DNA of 64,000 nucleotides from NCBI GenBank assembly GCA_964057225.1, contig OZ059896.1, forward strand, positions 15,872,001 to 15,936,000, read 5' to 3'. The DNA comes from Auanema rhodensis (lineage: Eukaryota; Animalia; Nematoda). Both the position numbers and the translations under genes were made by a program. Positions 23,563-38,079 of this stretch are shown here, in pieces. The notes beneath the pieces are model-generated. The model had not been told where the DNA came from and made no database searches. It saw only the letters and a list, made by a program, of their open reading frames with translations. Position 1 is the stretch's first letter; each line of letters opens with the position of its first letter.

Positions 23563-25424
23563 ATGGACGTGGATTACAATGTTAATTCACCAACAAATCC
23601 AGACTGTAAATGCTTGAGTCATTAGGTTCTCGCAAGAAAACGCTTTCGATTAACCGGTTGAAACGTTTTTTTTTTGAAATTCTTCAAAATAATTTGTCTT
23701 TCTATACTTAAGACAACAAAATATTTTTATAAAATAATAAAATTTGAAAACATTATATGCTTGACTAGACTTGAAGCAAAGATTGAACTGTTGAGTTTTT
23801 GATTTAATTTGTTTTCTCCCAATTAACTTCCTTCTGAATTCATTTAATAGGATTACATCATGATCATTATTCTCTTCATATCTCATCATTTATTTTGATT
23901 TTGATTATTATTTCTTTTCATAATGCTTCTTAAACCATATGTTTTCATTCTATATAGCTTTACTACTCAATCAACATCATCAATATGATGACGTTGATTG
24001 AAAACTATTGAAGTTGAAAGTTTAAGAATGTTTCTTTTCCACTTTTTTTTCCGCCAAATCTCATACCATCACCTCATAAAGCATGTACTAATCTGAAGCT
24101 TTAAAAGCCAGTTTTCAATCGTTATTGAATATGATTTGAGGATGATTCGAATATACTTGAACGGTGTATAAACTCAAGACGACATCTACTGATTTCATTC
24201 CCTTTCAGTCATTTTTTTATTTTATTTTTTCAAGTTCAATTTCATTATGTGAAAATGAAAGTTAAGCCTATAAAGTAGAATATTTTTGTATTAATATATG
24301 AAAAATATATTCAAAGTTTTGTGACCTTCTATTACCTTTGTAAGTTTATATTGAAGATAATTCTTCTATTATCATTAATAGTATTCAAATATCTATATAC
24401 ATATATGATTTCTTATCTTTTCTATTTATTTCTTAATCTGTCTGTTTACAATATATTTTATTTGATTATTTATATGAATATTCATCAAATTAACTATTAT
24501 TTTATAATTTTAAATCAAAATAAAATTATAAAAAATTGTTATAATATGACGTCATTCATTAATTTCATTTGGATGTTGTATTTGATTATCGTTTTCAGGT
24601 TACTATGTTTCTTCATTTTCTTTTTCATTTATCTTTTCAAGTTTTTCAATTAATCTTATTTTGATTTATTATTAGCTATTATATAGTATCTCTAATTAAA
24701 GATATGATGATTATATCCTTTTTATTTTATTTTTTTCTTTAGTTTTCTCTTGATAACGATATACATAGATTAAACTATCTTTCACATACATAGCTATACT
24801 ATACGTTATTCATCAATCCCTTATTCATTATGACATTTCATTTTGCAAAACTATATGTCAGATAGAAACTAACGAAATTATTTACTAAATCTTCAAGTTC
24901 TATAACTACTTACTTCTTACTTACAACTTGAATATTATAATATAGCCTCAGGTTGTTTTACGCTCCAATCACAACTACATCTTTTTTGCTTTTATTGTCT
25001 CATTCGCTTCATCTCTATTCTCATCCTGTCTATATTCATCTGAATCTTAGTTGACCGCTTGTCTCTTCTATCTCAACAACTTAACTGTATGGCTTCTAGC
25101 CACTGGTGGGAAAACGAATAGAGCGACAGGTGTTGTTGGCCTGTTTATGACCCAATATGAACATTGACATCTTAATGTACCCTCAGGCGCATATAGTAAG
25201 TAGTATTGGAGACTAAAGTATCATCGTTTTTAATCGGTCCATGTTCCCCTTTTCTACATCATATTTGTCCATATTTGCTTGCACAACATGTGTTTACTAG
25301 AGTCACGTCTAAGATTTGCAGACAGTTTCTCACTCTTCATAGTTTACTTTGTTTTCACATTCCCTCCATATCAATATTTTATGAGAGAGAATAAGTATAA
25401 ATAAAGAGAAAGAAAGATAGAGAT

Positions 25425-25455
<31 letters not shown>

Positions 25456-27071
25456 TAGAGAGAGATAGAGAGAGATAGATAGAGAGAGAATAGAGGGAGA
25501 TTGCAGAAGTGAATTATCGTATCTCCAATCCATTAGTTTTTACTTTTTGTATTTCAACATTTTTCATATTATACAAAGATATATCACATAACTTATTCTA
25601 TGCTTGAACATCATTCTCATTCTGATCTACAAGCCTCATCATTTCAATGGATTTTTTCTATTTAAAATGAAAACGACAAATTGCAAAATGAATGTGGTTT
25701 CGATAAAGCAATCTTGTATTCGTTCTTCTTCTTGTTCTTTCAAATTTTCGTATTTCGTTGTCAAACCATCTGCCCAATCTATCTCAATCGTCATTTCTCC
25801 TGATGGCTATGTTTCATCTGGGAAGATGCTTCTAATTCGAACCTGGCTAGTAACCTTCTCCACCTTGTTGCCTCTCTCTATTTCTCAATTTCTTTGTCCA
25901 CCCCTGATTAATCCGTCATATCGTCTGCCGTAGCTATACGATCCCACTTTCATTTATTTCCCGCTTTTTCGTCATTTTTTTCTTTTTCTATTATTTTTTG
26001 GAACTAAAAAATAGCAAAGAAAAGGAAATACTCTTTCAATTTAGCCATTGAAATAACCTTCTTATTCTTTTCCTCTCGAGCGGTGCTTTCATTTTTTCGA
26101 TTATCTAAACAATATTTCCGACGGTTCCAGCCAGCCTGTCGAAAAATGGCTTTTTGTTGGCAATTAGTCCAGTTATATCCTTCAGTTCGTTTTGGCATTC
26201 AGATAAAAGATGTCCTTTTAAGGACCTACACACCACACCACACACCTTTCAGCCTTCTCTGTCAGTCAACGCTCAAGGCCAAGTCTCAACAGGGTTGTAT
26301 GCTCGTCGTATCAGCTAGGCTTGAAGGTGGCTTGAGGTTGAGATGAAACGCGGTACATGACGATTTTCTTACGATCAAACCGATAATAATCACGTAAAAC
26401 TTGACGACTGAAGCTTACATACTGCAAACAATGCATCTACTGATGGCATCCTTTTTCTCTTCATCTCTCCAAGTCATTTATATGTTTTCTGAAGAATTTT
26501 CAGTTTTTTCTGCGTTTGTTTCTCATATTGTTTGCCTGTCATTGATGATAAATGAAATTTGGAAAGTATTTGGCTTAGTTCATGTCATTCAGCACCATTC
26601 TCACAGCCTATCATTCACCTTCTCTACATGTCCATCCATCATTTGAATATATTCACTTGATCTCTCTATCGACCTCCTACCATCCTCTTATATCTCTCAG
26701 TACCTATCTTCTCTTCCCATACAATAATTCAAAAATAATACTTAATTACTATATGGATTGACAAACTATAGAAATTGAAGTGGAAAATGAAAAGGTTAGA
26801 ATATTCAGATTTATCCAACAGATTTGGTAATTATGGTTTGACCACTATGATTTTATACTATGTTTCAATCTCTTTTTCAACCTCATCCTCTCTCCTCATT
26901 CCTCTCTCTCTTGCTCTTTCTCTCTCTCTTTATCTCTCTCAATCTCAATCTCAATCTCTCTCTATCTATCTATACCTCTCTCTGCCTTTCTCATCCATTC
27001 ATATACAGCTTTTCGTCCGGTTTATCTTGCTATACATACCAGTTTTTTCTATATTTTATCATTAGTTTTAA

Positions 27072-27125
<54 letters not shown>

Positions 27126-30100
27126 ATCATGCAACTTTTATTTTCTTTACGAGATGATATATAGTTTGAAGTTTTTATTTCATTACAGATTCTACAACGA
27201 TTTATCCTGACTATGTGATGCCATCGACACCATCACGACCAGAATTAGCATGGCTCTTTCCAAAAGAGGTTTGAATCTTATTTCAACTTTGCTTACACAA
27301 CATTATCATTTACAGCTCACGACCACAACTTCTCCGGGCACAGCACCGTATGCTTCAGCTGTTAATTGGTCATTCGTGGCAGACCATTCTTTAATATTAA
27401 TTGGAATTTTATTTGTAATAATTAATATTAAAATTATAATAATAATTATTATTTTTATAGATGATTGTATTGGCAGTTTCTTTAATAGCAGTTTTTGTAC
27501 AATATCATTGTCAACGCAAATCTAGATCATCATTAGCACATACACCATCTCAATGGACTACATGTAGCACAGGTTCGTTTAATTATTTATTTATATCTTA
27601 TAAATTAAAACAAAAAATTTAATTAATACGTCTTCTTATACTCAATATTTCATTTTATTTCGAGAATTTTTGAAAAAAAAATTTTGTTTATTTGAAATTA
27701 TCAAAGTAATTGCAACCGGTTTATGTGCTGTTCGAATGATACAATGTGAGGATTTTCACGTCAATTTCACGTATCATTACATCTTTTCGTATATTATGCG
27801 GCAAATTATATAAAATTTAAATATTTTAAATTAAAATACGAATAAAAGAAAAGATGAAATGTTTTCTTTTTCATTCATAAGTATTTTTGAAATTGAAATC
27901 AAATATTTTCTAAATTTTTGTAAACTAGATGAAAGCCGGCAGGTAAGCAGACAAGCAGGCAACACACATACACAATAAGATAAGTGCTCCTGTCACAAGC
28001 TGCCTGCCGGCTAACGATAGATCTAGAATTTACATAATATTTTCATTTGATTTTCTTTTGTAACTATTATATATTTTATTTTTAAAATTATAATAATTAT
28101 AATAAATAATAAAATGAAAAAATGAAAACAAATCTATGAAACTTGTTGAAAAAAAAATGTTTTTTTCGCTGTTTGTTTATAACAAAAAATGTAAACAAAT
28201 AAATAAGCAATAATAATAATAATACTTGTAGTAGTCATTGAAAAGAAACAGCTGAACCAGTTGAAACAAGTTTTTAACTTAGAAAAGTGAGGGAAAGAAA
28301 GACAAACGCTTTTACAATCCTTTAGGTGATTGTGTATATAGAGTTATGATGACCATTAACTATACATAAAATAGAATATATATATAGTTACTATAGCTAT
28401 ACATATATAGATAAATAGTTATGATTATAGATTGTAGTATTAATGCTATGACTTTATGTTTTCAATACTCGTGTTCAGAAAAATAAAACGAGAGACCTGA
28501 CCAGATCTATTACAAACAAAGATTGAACCAGATCTCTAGCAAAATGAGGCAAAAAGAACTGTCTAATATGAAAACGTCAAGATGATTTGAAAAAAATATT
28601 ATTTCTCGCTCTCAAAATTCTATTTTGATTTGCTTTTGTGAGCCTGCCGTCGACTCATTGTAGTATGCATAGTATGTGTCTGAAAGTCTGTTTCCTTCAA
28701 ACGTCACTTCTGCCTTCTCTCTCTCTCTTTCTTTCTCTTTCTTTCTTTTTGACTCAAAGTGTATGTATGTGCAAGATGAATAGTTCTGACTCATCAGATT
28801 CATAATATGAAGAAAAATACAATGAAAATCAAAGTTTTATGTAGGCTTTCAACTAGAACCAACCAATCATTTATTGTTTCATTCTTTTCCTCATTCTCTA
28901 GATATCAGTGTTCATGTATTTCTATATTTACATGGATTCATTTAGTATTGCTTACACTAAAACTTGAAGAGTAAGCTGCAAATGATGTGACAGTAATACG
29001 AAGCTTATCGACTCATTAACCATATTTGTATGTTCATGCGGCTGATCTCTCAATGAAATGTTTGCATTTAATTCAAAAAAAAAATTTCTGCACTAGCTTC
29101 CAGTGGTTTTTTTCTGATCAGTTATCTCTCTCTTTTTCGAATTCTACCTCACTCGCATTATACTTATACCTTCATTCCTTCAATTTTCCTTTTTTTTTTT
29201 GAAATTTTGATTTGGAAAATTCAATTTCATTTTCTTTACGAATTCATGTGAATCTTCATTTTTCTTACTGTAGAATCTTCTTATAATCCTTAAGTTGTAT
29301 AGCTAAAGAGAGGTGTGGACTGTTGCCTTTAGCGAACTACGTTGCCGGTGTTGTGCTTGACGTCAAGCACTCCGTGCATGTTAATCCTGCCTGTCGGTAA
29401 AGCTTGTGATGATAAATGTCGGAACAACCGTTCATCCACCATAGACAGATTGAAGAGCAACGAATGTAAGGAAGAAAGACAGGTAAGGTAGCATAGAGAG
29501 AGAAAGAGAGAGAGAGATAAGGAAAGTCTCATCTTCTAATTGCATCTTGCGGAATTTGTTGCTGATTGCTGTCCCTCGTACTGTTTATCAGCCTCAGTCT
29601 CATGTGTGCTGACACAAAATCACAGTGTTCTGTAACTTCAGCTTTCTGTCTCTCACATCTCTTAGCACCTCCACATGAATATGAATACTCTCCTTCTCAT
29701 ATCACATCTTCTCTCGTTTAGTTTTCTCTCCTTTCTCTTCCCCATTTTGACTGTTTCTCTCTCTCTATTTATCTCTCTCTCTCTCTTTCTCGTTCTCTTC
29801 ATCATACACAGAGAAACTGGATGAGCCCGGGCGCACCCTCAGACAACATAGAATACACAAAGTCGTGGAGCTCTGATACACCTTTCTCTCGCAAGCGCGC
29901 GAAGTCGTCGTCTGTGCTTCTGCTCATCGCACTTTTCATCTCATAAATCCTATATCTATTCATCCATATTTGGTAAAACATCGACTAAGTTTATTCTAAG
30001 CTTTACCATTGACTAAGTTTATTCCAAACCTGTATATCTCCTCACAGCCTCAAGCCATTGTATTCGCATCTTCTATCTCTCTTATCTCTTATTCATTATT

Positions 30101-33100
30101 TCGTATGTTCATTCTGATTCTGTGATTCATATTCTCTTATATAATTCTATCACTATTTCTCTAAAAACTTCTATATTCCAGCTATTTGACTGAGGTAGTT
30201 AGAAGGTACACACACACACCAATCGAATTCATTTCCTGTCACTGTTCTATTTGAATATCTGATTAACCTGTACGCTTTACTTCTCAACTCAGTCGACCTA
30301 ACTCGTCGTTTGAACGTGCAACATGACGGATGTCTTTATGAATCCATTATTCGATAGCTCAGATTCTGATTCTGAGCTATCCTCTAGTACTGGACGTGGT
30401 CTCAGTCGTTCCATGAGATCGATTCCAATCAAGAGATCCCCGTTTAAGCACAATCATCATCATCATCATCAAGCTTTACCATCATCCTCAAGTGCTATAT
30501 CGGCCTTAAATCCATATCCATCACGAGGTCCATCATCCAAAAGCTTTAACAGTTCATCAGCATCATCATCCCATCCATCTTCACCAGGTATAGTACAATA
30601 ATTCGTTTCAAGACACAATTATATACGGTTATAACTTTGTGTTTCATAATCTTTTCTCAGTTATAAATAACTACATGTACATCATAAGGTTGAAGCTATC
30701 CTTTTTCATATAGTCTTAGTGTTTTTTTGAAAAATATCGCTTTGAACCGTTCTTTCTTCTTGTTCTTCTTCATTTTCTTGGCTTTTGCTCGAACAAAGCT
30801 TTATGCAATTAGTGGCAAAAATAGACAGAAAGACTGTCTATTCTCCGATTTCAAATGCGCTTGTAAAGCATGGATTAAACCAGTTTTTTTCCGGGTCCGT
30901 AGCTAAATGGAGGGGTAGTGAGTGAGTTGAAAGAGTTGTTCGTTGTATAATTGTGTGGACGGTGGCCAGCGAGAGCACAAAAGCGATTTGTATAGTAGTT
31001 CGGGACTTCTCCATTCCATTTGTCTGTTCATTTCCGTTCCCATCTCATTCCATACAGTACAAATGCTCCAAAATGAATGTGTTCATTCGTTTAAGCAGGT
31101 GTATCGTCTATGCTTCATGTATGACTACCATTATAGTGCTCTACTGATGATGAAGTTGTGTTTATTTCAATAAAATCAATCGATAATGTGAAGAGAATCA
31201 GTCAGCATCATGTGCTGTAGCATTGTCGATGAGTAGCTGAACTGTATAGTCTTGAGAATTGACCACGTCAAGCATTGCGCTCAACAGCATCATCATTAGC
31301 TAAGACGGTATCAGCTGTCAGCATTAGTGATACTCAACCTTTTGCGCATAATCTCTTCGCGACCACTTCTGCTTTGACAGGCCGAAACGGTTGTTTCGGT
31401 TTCAGCTCGTCGGTCGGTCCTTCGGTCCGTCAGTCCGTCTCTTTCTTCTGTTTAACAGGAAAGACGAGGAAGTGATGATGAAGAGAATGTTTGCCTTTGC
31501 TTAAACATCTTCTGAAGTCGCGAAAGTCTCGTCATATCACAGAAATTTGTTGTCAAATTCTGAATAATATTGTGGAGCAGGAAAAATGACAGAGATAAAC
31601 AGGATGTGTTCAAGAATTTCATTTTGTAATTAGACATCCTGCAGAGATTTGAGTGCGTCTTACATTGAGCCAGCACAAACTTAGCCAGCGAAACTCACTA
31701 TCGTACCGCAAATCTGAGATTAAGCTCATCGAAATAAGATGAAGAAGACGAGTTTCAAATAAAAACAGAAAATATGATCTTTAGTTACTTAAATCTTCTT
31801 CAATATTTATGTTTTTTTTTCAGTTAGCTCTACCTATTCAAGTTGCGGCCTGTTGCAACTAATTGGATCAGATCTCCGACAAGCTCTCAATGGATTTTTA
31901 TTGCCTTCAGAAGCTATCGTACTCGAGGCAATTGTTGGCAAAGGTGAGTGAATAAGCAAAAAGCGAAAAAAAGAAAACTTTTTCTCTTTATTCTATGAGA
32001 ATAAGCTGTGTCAAGTTTTAAGCTAGATGTCAAATTCTGTTTAAATTTCGTATATTTGACTTTCCACTTCAACAAGGTCAACAGCTATCGGAAGCAGAAG
32101 CTGCTATTTCTTTAGCTGTAACTTGAAAATGCGTAGTAAGCGTCAGATTTGCTTACGATTGAACGTCAAGGGAAGAGGTCGACGACAACGTTGACGTCGC
32201 CGTCGACATCGTCAGCGACGACAGCGACAATATTTCAATAAATTTGTTCTTTCAAGCTAAAGTAACCGAACTCTTCATCCTTCTTGTCGTTCTCATCGCT
32301 GTCATCAGTAGTAGATTTCTAATATTGTATGACTGCGAATTTTTATTTGTTTGACAAAAGCCAAATCATACTTTGAACTATCTTAAGATTTGACAGCTTC
32401 AAGAAAAGCTTGAAACAAGCTGTTTCACAGGAATATATTTGAACATCATTAATCTGATTTTAGGCTACTTTGGAAATGTTTATCGAGGACGAATGCGTGA
32501 TCCCATGAACAGATTAGTTCCAGTTGCTGTAAAAACCTTAAAAGGTAAACACTTTGATATTGAAGGAAGATGAGAAGAAAGAGAGGAGGCGACGACAAAT
32601 GAAAAAAACTTGGACATGAGTGGGCTGAAAACGTTTTTCTTTTCAAGTTTTGCAAAAAATATCTTTCTCTCGCGAAACGCAAGTGAAGTAAAGAGGGGCG
32701 AGAATGCAAGACAGCTGGGCAGCAGAGGTAGATGTTACTTGTCTTCCTTCCTTGTTTTTCTGTTCATGATGTCGCCATATCAATACGGCTTTTTTCCATT
32801 TAAACATCAAGCTTCTTGATTTAATAAACCGGAAATAAAGCCAAAACGAGAAGGAAAATAGGCGAAACACACCAAATACAGTCTGAAAGCTAATATCAGA
32901 AGAGAATTCTGCTTGAGCAGTTGAGCAAATATGATTCACATAACGTATTGTGCCATGAAAAGAGAACGAACTATATATTTCTTTAAAAACTATATAAATA
33001 CATATTATATTTATATGTATTTATCAAAAAATTATAAATATAAATTGGGTAGGCGTTAAGAAATCTAATTTTAAGTTTCAAATTATGTTACATACTAACT

Positions 33101-34858
33101 AAACTGATTTTAGGAGAACATTCTAGAGATATAGCACATATTGAAAAATTTTTACGAGAAGGTGTGATTATGAAGCATTTTGATCATCAACATGTTCTCT
33201 CTATTTTGGGTTAGTTTTATATTTAATTATTTATTTTTATAGAATATATTTAGGAATTTGTATATCACCTAGTGGAACACCCTGGGTTGTATTACCATTC
33301 ATGGAAGGAGGTGATCTCAAGACATACATTGCTGATCCTAATAGAGTATGTTTTATCCATTCATCAACTAGCTTGATGCTTTAAGCTTTAAGCTTTGTTC
33401 TTTATTTAATATTTCATTTCAGTCATTATGTGTGTTGGAATTACTTGATTTCGCATATCAAGTATCACAAGGAATGGCTTATTTAGCTGCTCTGCATTTC
33501 GTACATCGTGATCTGGCTGCCAGAAATTGCATGTATGTTTCATTTTGAAATTATATTAAAATTTGAAAGTGTATTGAGTTAACTATTTGTTAATAGGATA
33601 TCATCTGAAAGAGTTGTTAAAGTTGCTGACTTTGGTTTAGCTGTTGATTTGTTGGACAAGGAACTTTACATCGATGAATCAGAAACAGGTCAGGGTTTAT
33701 AACATAAATAATTCTATTATCATGATGACGTATCACTAAAATGAAAGCTGCAAAATGAATTCAAATGGATATATGAACTTTAATGAATTTTAAAGATTTA
33801 TAATGATGATTGAAATTAAATTTCTTTTTTTTTTATTTACGTGAAATGCGTGGGAAGCCACGTGATTTATTTAAATTAAGCTACTGCTTGATAATAGGTT
33901 GTATTCCGTTGTGTATATGCTCATAAAAGATAGCTTATGTTGAAATTACATATAATATCAATTAATATTAATTATATTTCCTCATTTTTTGGTGTTTCAG
34001 GACCTGCTCGACTTCCTCTTAAATGGCTGGCACCCGAATCGTTGAGAGATCGAAGAGTATTCAATGCTTCAACAGATGTGGTAATTATTAATATATATTT
34101 ATATAAAAATATTTTGTACTAACTATATATATATATATAATATAATATATGTATATTTAGTGATATATCTCTGATTTGTAACATAAAAACTAAAATATAA
34201 GCTATTACTTCCGTGTTAATGTCAACGTTTTGCAGTGGTCTTTTGGAGTACTGCTCTGGGAATTAATGACAAGAGCAGCATCACCGTATGGAGACATTTC
34301 CAATGTGAAAGTTCGTCAGTATTTGGAAAATGGATTACGATTACCACAACCAACGCATTGTCCGGACATAGTGTAAGAACAAAGAACATATATTCTTATT
34401 TCTACAATTCTTTCTTATTACCTATTCATTATTTTATAACATTTTCTTTAAATATACATTATTAATTGAATATTAAATAGAAAAAAAAACGAAGTCACAT
34501 CATTACATGTACTTGCAGTTATAATCTAATGCAAAGCTGCTGGAGATCAGATCCTATTGAACGTCCTGATTTCGCATTTTTAAGTCATCGTCTGCGTACT
34601 TTACTTCAGGTAATACTATTAATAATTTATATTTTCACTTTTTTTCTTTTTTTCCTTTACTATGTAGTTTCTTTCTTTTCGTTTTTTTTTGTTGAAAAGA
34701 TTGATACTATATATAGATATGTGTAATAATTTATTTTGCAGGAACATAGCCCTGAGCCATTTACCGGACGAATACGGCCAGGCAGTGAGCCGTTCTTGCT
34801 TCCAGTCCTGCCAGGACGTCTTTTCACCAACTACTTCGCTAGTCAACTTCATCGTTAA
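23563..34858 (+). CDS. MET/RON-family receptor tyrosine kinase with very short ectodomain (5' end tentative)
   Basis: TM exons ~27189-27572 (...[31 protein letters not shown]) join in phase 1 to kinase exons from 31824: [91 protein letters not shown]. The 23528-23606 upstream exon is inferred only from phase compatibility. Confidence 0.85.
30323..30587 (+). CDS. Alternative first coding exon of the MET-like kinase (no TM)
   Basis: 88-codon Ser/His-rich ORF ([18 protein letters not shown]...) ending CAG|GTATAG in phase 1, in frame with the kinase exon at 31824; upstream acceptor with an in-frame stop before the ATG. Confidence 0.7.
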
Positions 34859-35921
34859 ACATAAACGGATATCCAACAAGTTTCTTCTTTGGCTATCTAT
34901 ATGCATTTAGTTAGCTTTAAATATTATTTTTTCTTATTCTTTTATGTGTCAAAGATTATATAATGTGTGTGCCAAATGTCAGTCAGAAATCGTTGTCTTT
35001 CCTATTTATGACGGTGTATGCTTTCGGTCATTTCTCCAGCTCACATTTCTTCTTATCTTATATTAAAAACTATTGTAATTGTCATTTATGTAAGTACGAA
35101 TATCATTTTCGGAATCTGGCACAAGTCTCGTCATCATCTCATCTTCTCTCATCCCAGCTTTCAACTGACGTCTTATTCTTTCATATGAGCATGTTTCATA
35201 GATATTGCATATACATATGCTCATAGCTGATCAGATCTATTAGTTTTTTTTTATTTTGAACTTTCTTTATAAATTAATATATTATCTGATAATGTTGTGA
35301 CATGGCGATATGTACATGCCTATCTCATCACCTCCTCAGGGGCGGTATTTGCAACATGGCCATAGCTTTCGACATGAACTATATTACCATCTTCTCCTAG
35401 CTTTCTGTTAGAATTTCTCTTCTATCCCTCTCTTCTTCACCCTTTTTCTTTCTTGATGATCTGCTTCATCTCAACATTCAATCCATTCAAAACAAAACAA
35501 AGAAACATATTTGCATCAACTCGATCCTATTACGTGTGACATGTCTAATGTGTAGAACTCATCCATATAGAGTGCTCATAATCCTTTTTTCTTATTATTC
35601 TATTCAATTCTTTTAATTTTCTTTTTTTTTTCATTTCATTTACCTTATTTGTTCTTTTGATTCACAAGCCATCCTCGACATTTTTTCTTTTTTTTTGTCA
35701 TTATGCAATCCCATATCTATATGATATAGTAAGCTAAAAGAACTATTTTCTAACTAAAAAAGAAAGAATAGCGAAAGAAAGAAGTAATGCAACTTGATAC
35801 GGAGAATTATTAGGCTTATTGCTAGTCATATATATTGAATCCAAATCCAGACACCATCATCATCTTCATCTACTAATTAGTCTTACAATTTAAATTTAAT
35901 TAATATATACATATATACATC

Positions 35922-35958
<37 letters not shown>

Positions 35959-38041
35959 TTTCCCGTCAGAAAATCAGGTATTGTGTGTGTCTGTCTATCT
36001 GTCTATCTATGTGCTTAACGAAAGTCAGTTAATTCAGTATACTTGTAATCAGTTTTTTTCTTGTTATTTACACATAAAATCATTTAAATAAATCTGTTTT
36101 TTTCGATTATTTTTCATTCATTTTTAAACTTAAAATCATATTCTTAAAATCTTTTCATATCATCATAATCATCATCCTCTTTATATAAATCAAATTGAGT
36201 ACTTTTAAATGAAATATACTTACTTTTTCTTTTTTTTTTGTTATTCAGTTTTTCTTGTTATCTATATTTATATAGATTTATAAGAAACATACATATAGTT
36301 AGAAATGGTTAGATATGTGAACATATCTATCATATCGTATATTTACATTTAAATTATTATACAATGATGGGAATAAAAACTTTAATTATAACAATTAATT
36401 AATTCTTTTCCATTTTTTTTATTTATTTAATTATTTTGATTGATGAAAAGTAGTGAATTATTGAACAATATTCTTGTTTAAAAGTAAATTAAGCAACTAT
36501 AATATCAAAAAGTTTATTTCTCATTTTATTTTGAAAGAAATATGTGGATTTTGAAACAACGTTGTTCGTTTGAAATCATAAACTCAAGAAAACGAAAAGT
36601 GATCAACGATATTTGAAAAGATTGAGAAAAAGAAAAAAGACGAAACGTTAGAGATTTGAAATGATCTAGAAAGAGAGAGAGAGAGAGAGTACACAAGTAA
36701 GATCTATGTGTTGTAAGCAATGAAGTAATGTGACAACTCTCCAAGTTACATTTGGTTTTCAGAACAAAAGTAATTTTTGCAAGAAAACGAAAAGTAAAAA
36801 AAAGAAAGAAGATGATATGAAGAAGACAACAAGCAGTCAAATAAATCATGAAAGTGTTTCAAATTGAACAGGATATGCTTCAACAAAGATTACTAGTTCT
36901 TCCTAGTATGGTGCTGCATTTCAGTAATATCTTCAAGCTCTACGTTTGCTAGATCTCTCTCCATCCATGATTGTGTTCCTTTTCCTTCTCTCTCTCTCTC
37001 TCTCTTGACCCTTTTTTACTTTTTTTTTCTTCTGTTGCAAGAGAATTGGATACTATTACTCCTGGGACATGATACGTGGAACTGATTAACATAAATGTAC
37101 CACAGAAGCGTCCATTGTGATTTTAATCTGACGCATGAAACGACGTTTGAATTTTTAAAAAGACGAAACAAGGTTTTCAAGCTTCTACGTGATCATAGAA
37201 CGTTGTTTATCTCCGATTATTCGTTTTATTAACTATTTAACAGTTACTTATTTATATTTATATATACGTTGTTTCGATATATATAATATTATATGTTCAC
37301 GACTATATCTTATCTTGATTTATCAAAATTTCCAATAATTCCATGATAATTCATCTAGAAATGCATAACTTGTTCAATGTTTAGATGATGTAAAAGCTTT
37401 CCTAATCGGTATACTCCTCATATTGGAACATGTGCATCTATATGTTGTAGTATCTATCTAAGTATAGGCTTCAGAAATCTATTAAAGCTGTGCTATTTGA
37501 GTTCTTAACAATGTTTTCTTCCAATTATTCGGAATATAAGAGCATAGTTAGTACAAAAGTAGATAAAAATTAGATAGATTGAATATACATATAGTTATTA
37601 ATAATATGTCTTTTGGGAAATTACATTGATTACTGTTTCAAAAATTAAAAAATCATGTTGAACTATTACGAACTCAAATCATTTTAATCATATTTGATAT
37701 CTAGACATCGTAATAACTAAAGTTTTCTTTTATTTTAATATTATTTTTAAATATCAGAGCATTTATTAAATATTAATTATATGTTATAAATAAGTACTGA
37801 AGATAGATAGAGAGAGAGAAAAGAGAGAGACTAAGAGAGAGAGAGAGAGGGGGGGAAAGAAAGAGATATGATAACATACTGTCAAGCTTTGAGAAAGATC
37901 ATCAACATCTTCCACAATCATATGAGATATTTGACATATCATTATTTAAATATAATTCAGTTTGTCCTCCGAATTCCTCCATTTCTCTCTCTCTCTCTCT
38001 CTTTTCTCTCTCTTATTCTCTCTCTTATTCTTTTCTCCCTT

Positions 38042-38079
<38 letters not shown>

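Noticed and set aside
30191-30212. let-7-family seed TGAGGTAG
   Set aside because: No pre-miRNA-length hairpin placing it on an arm.
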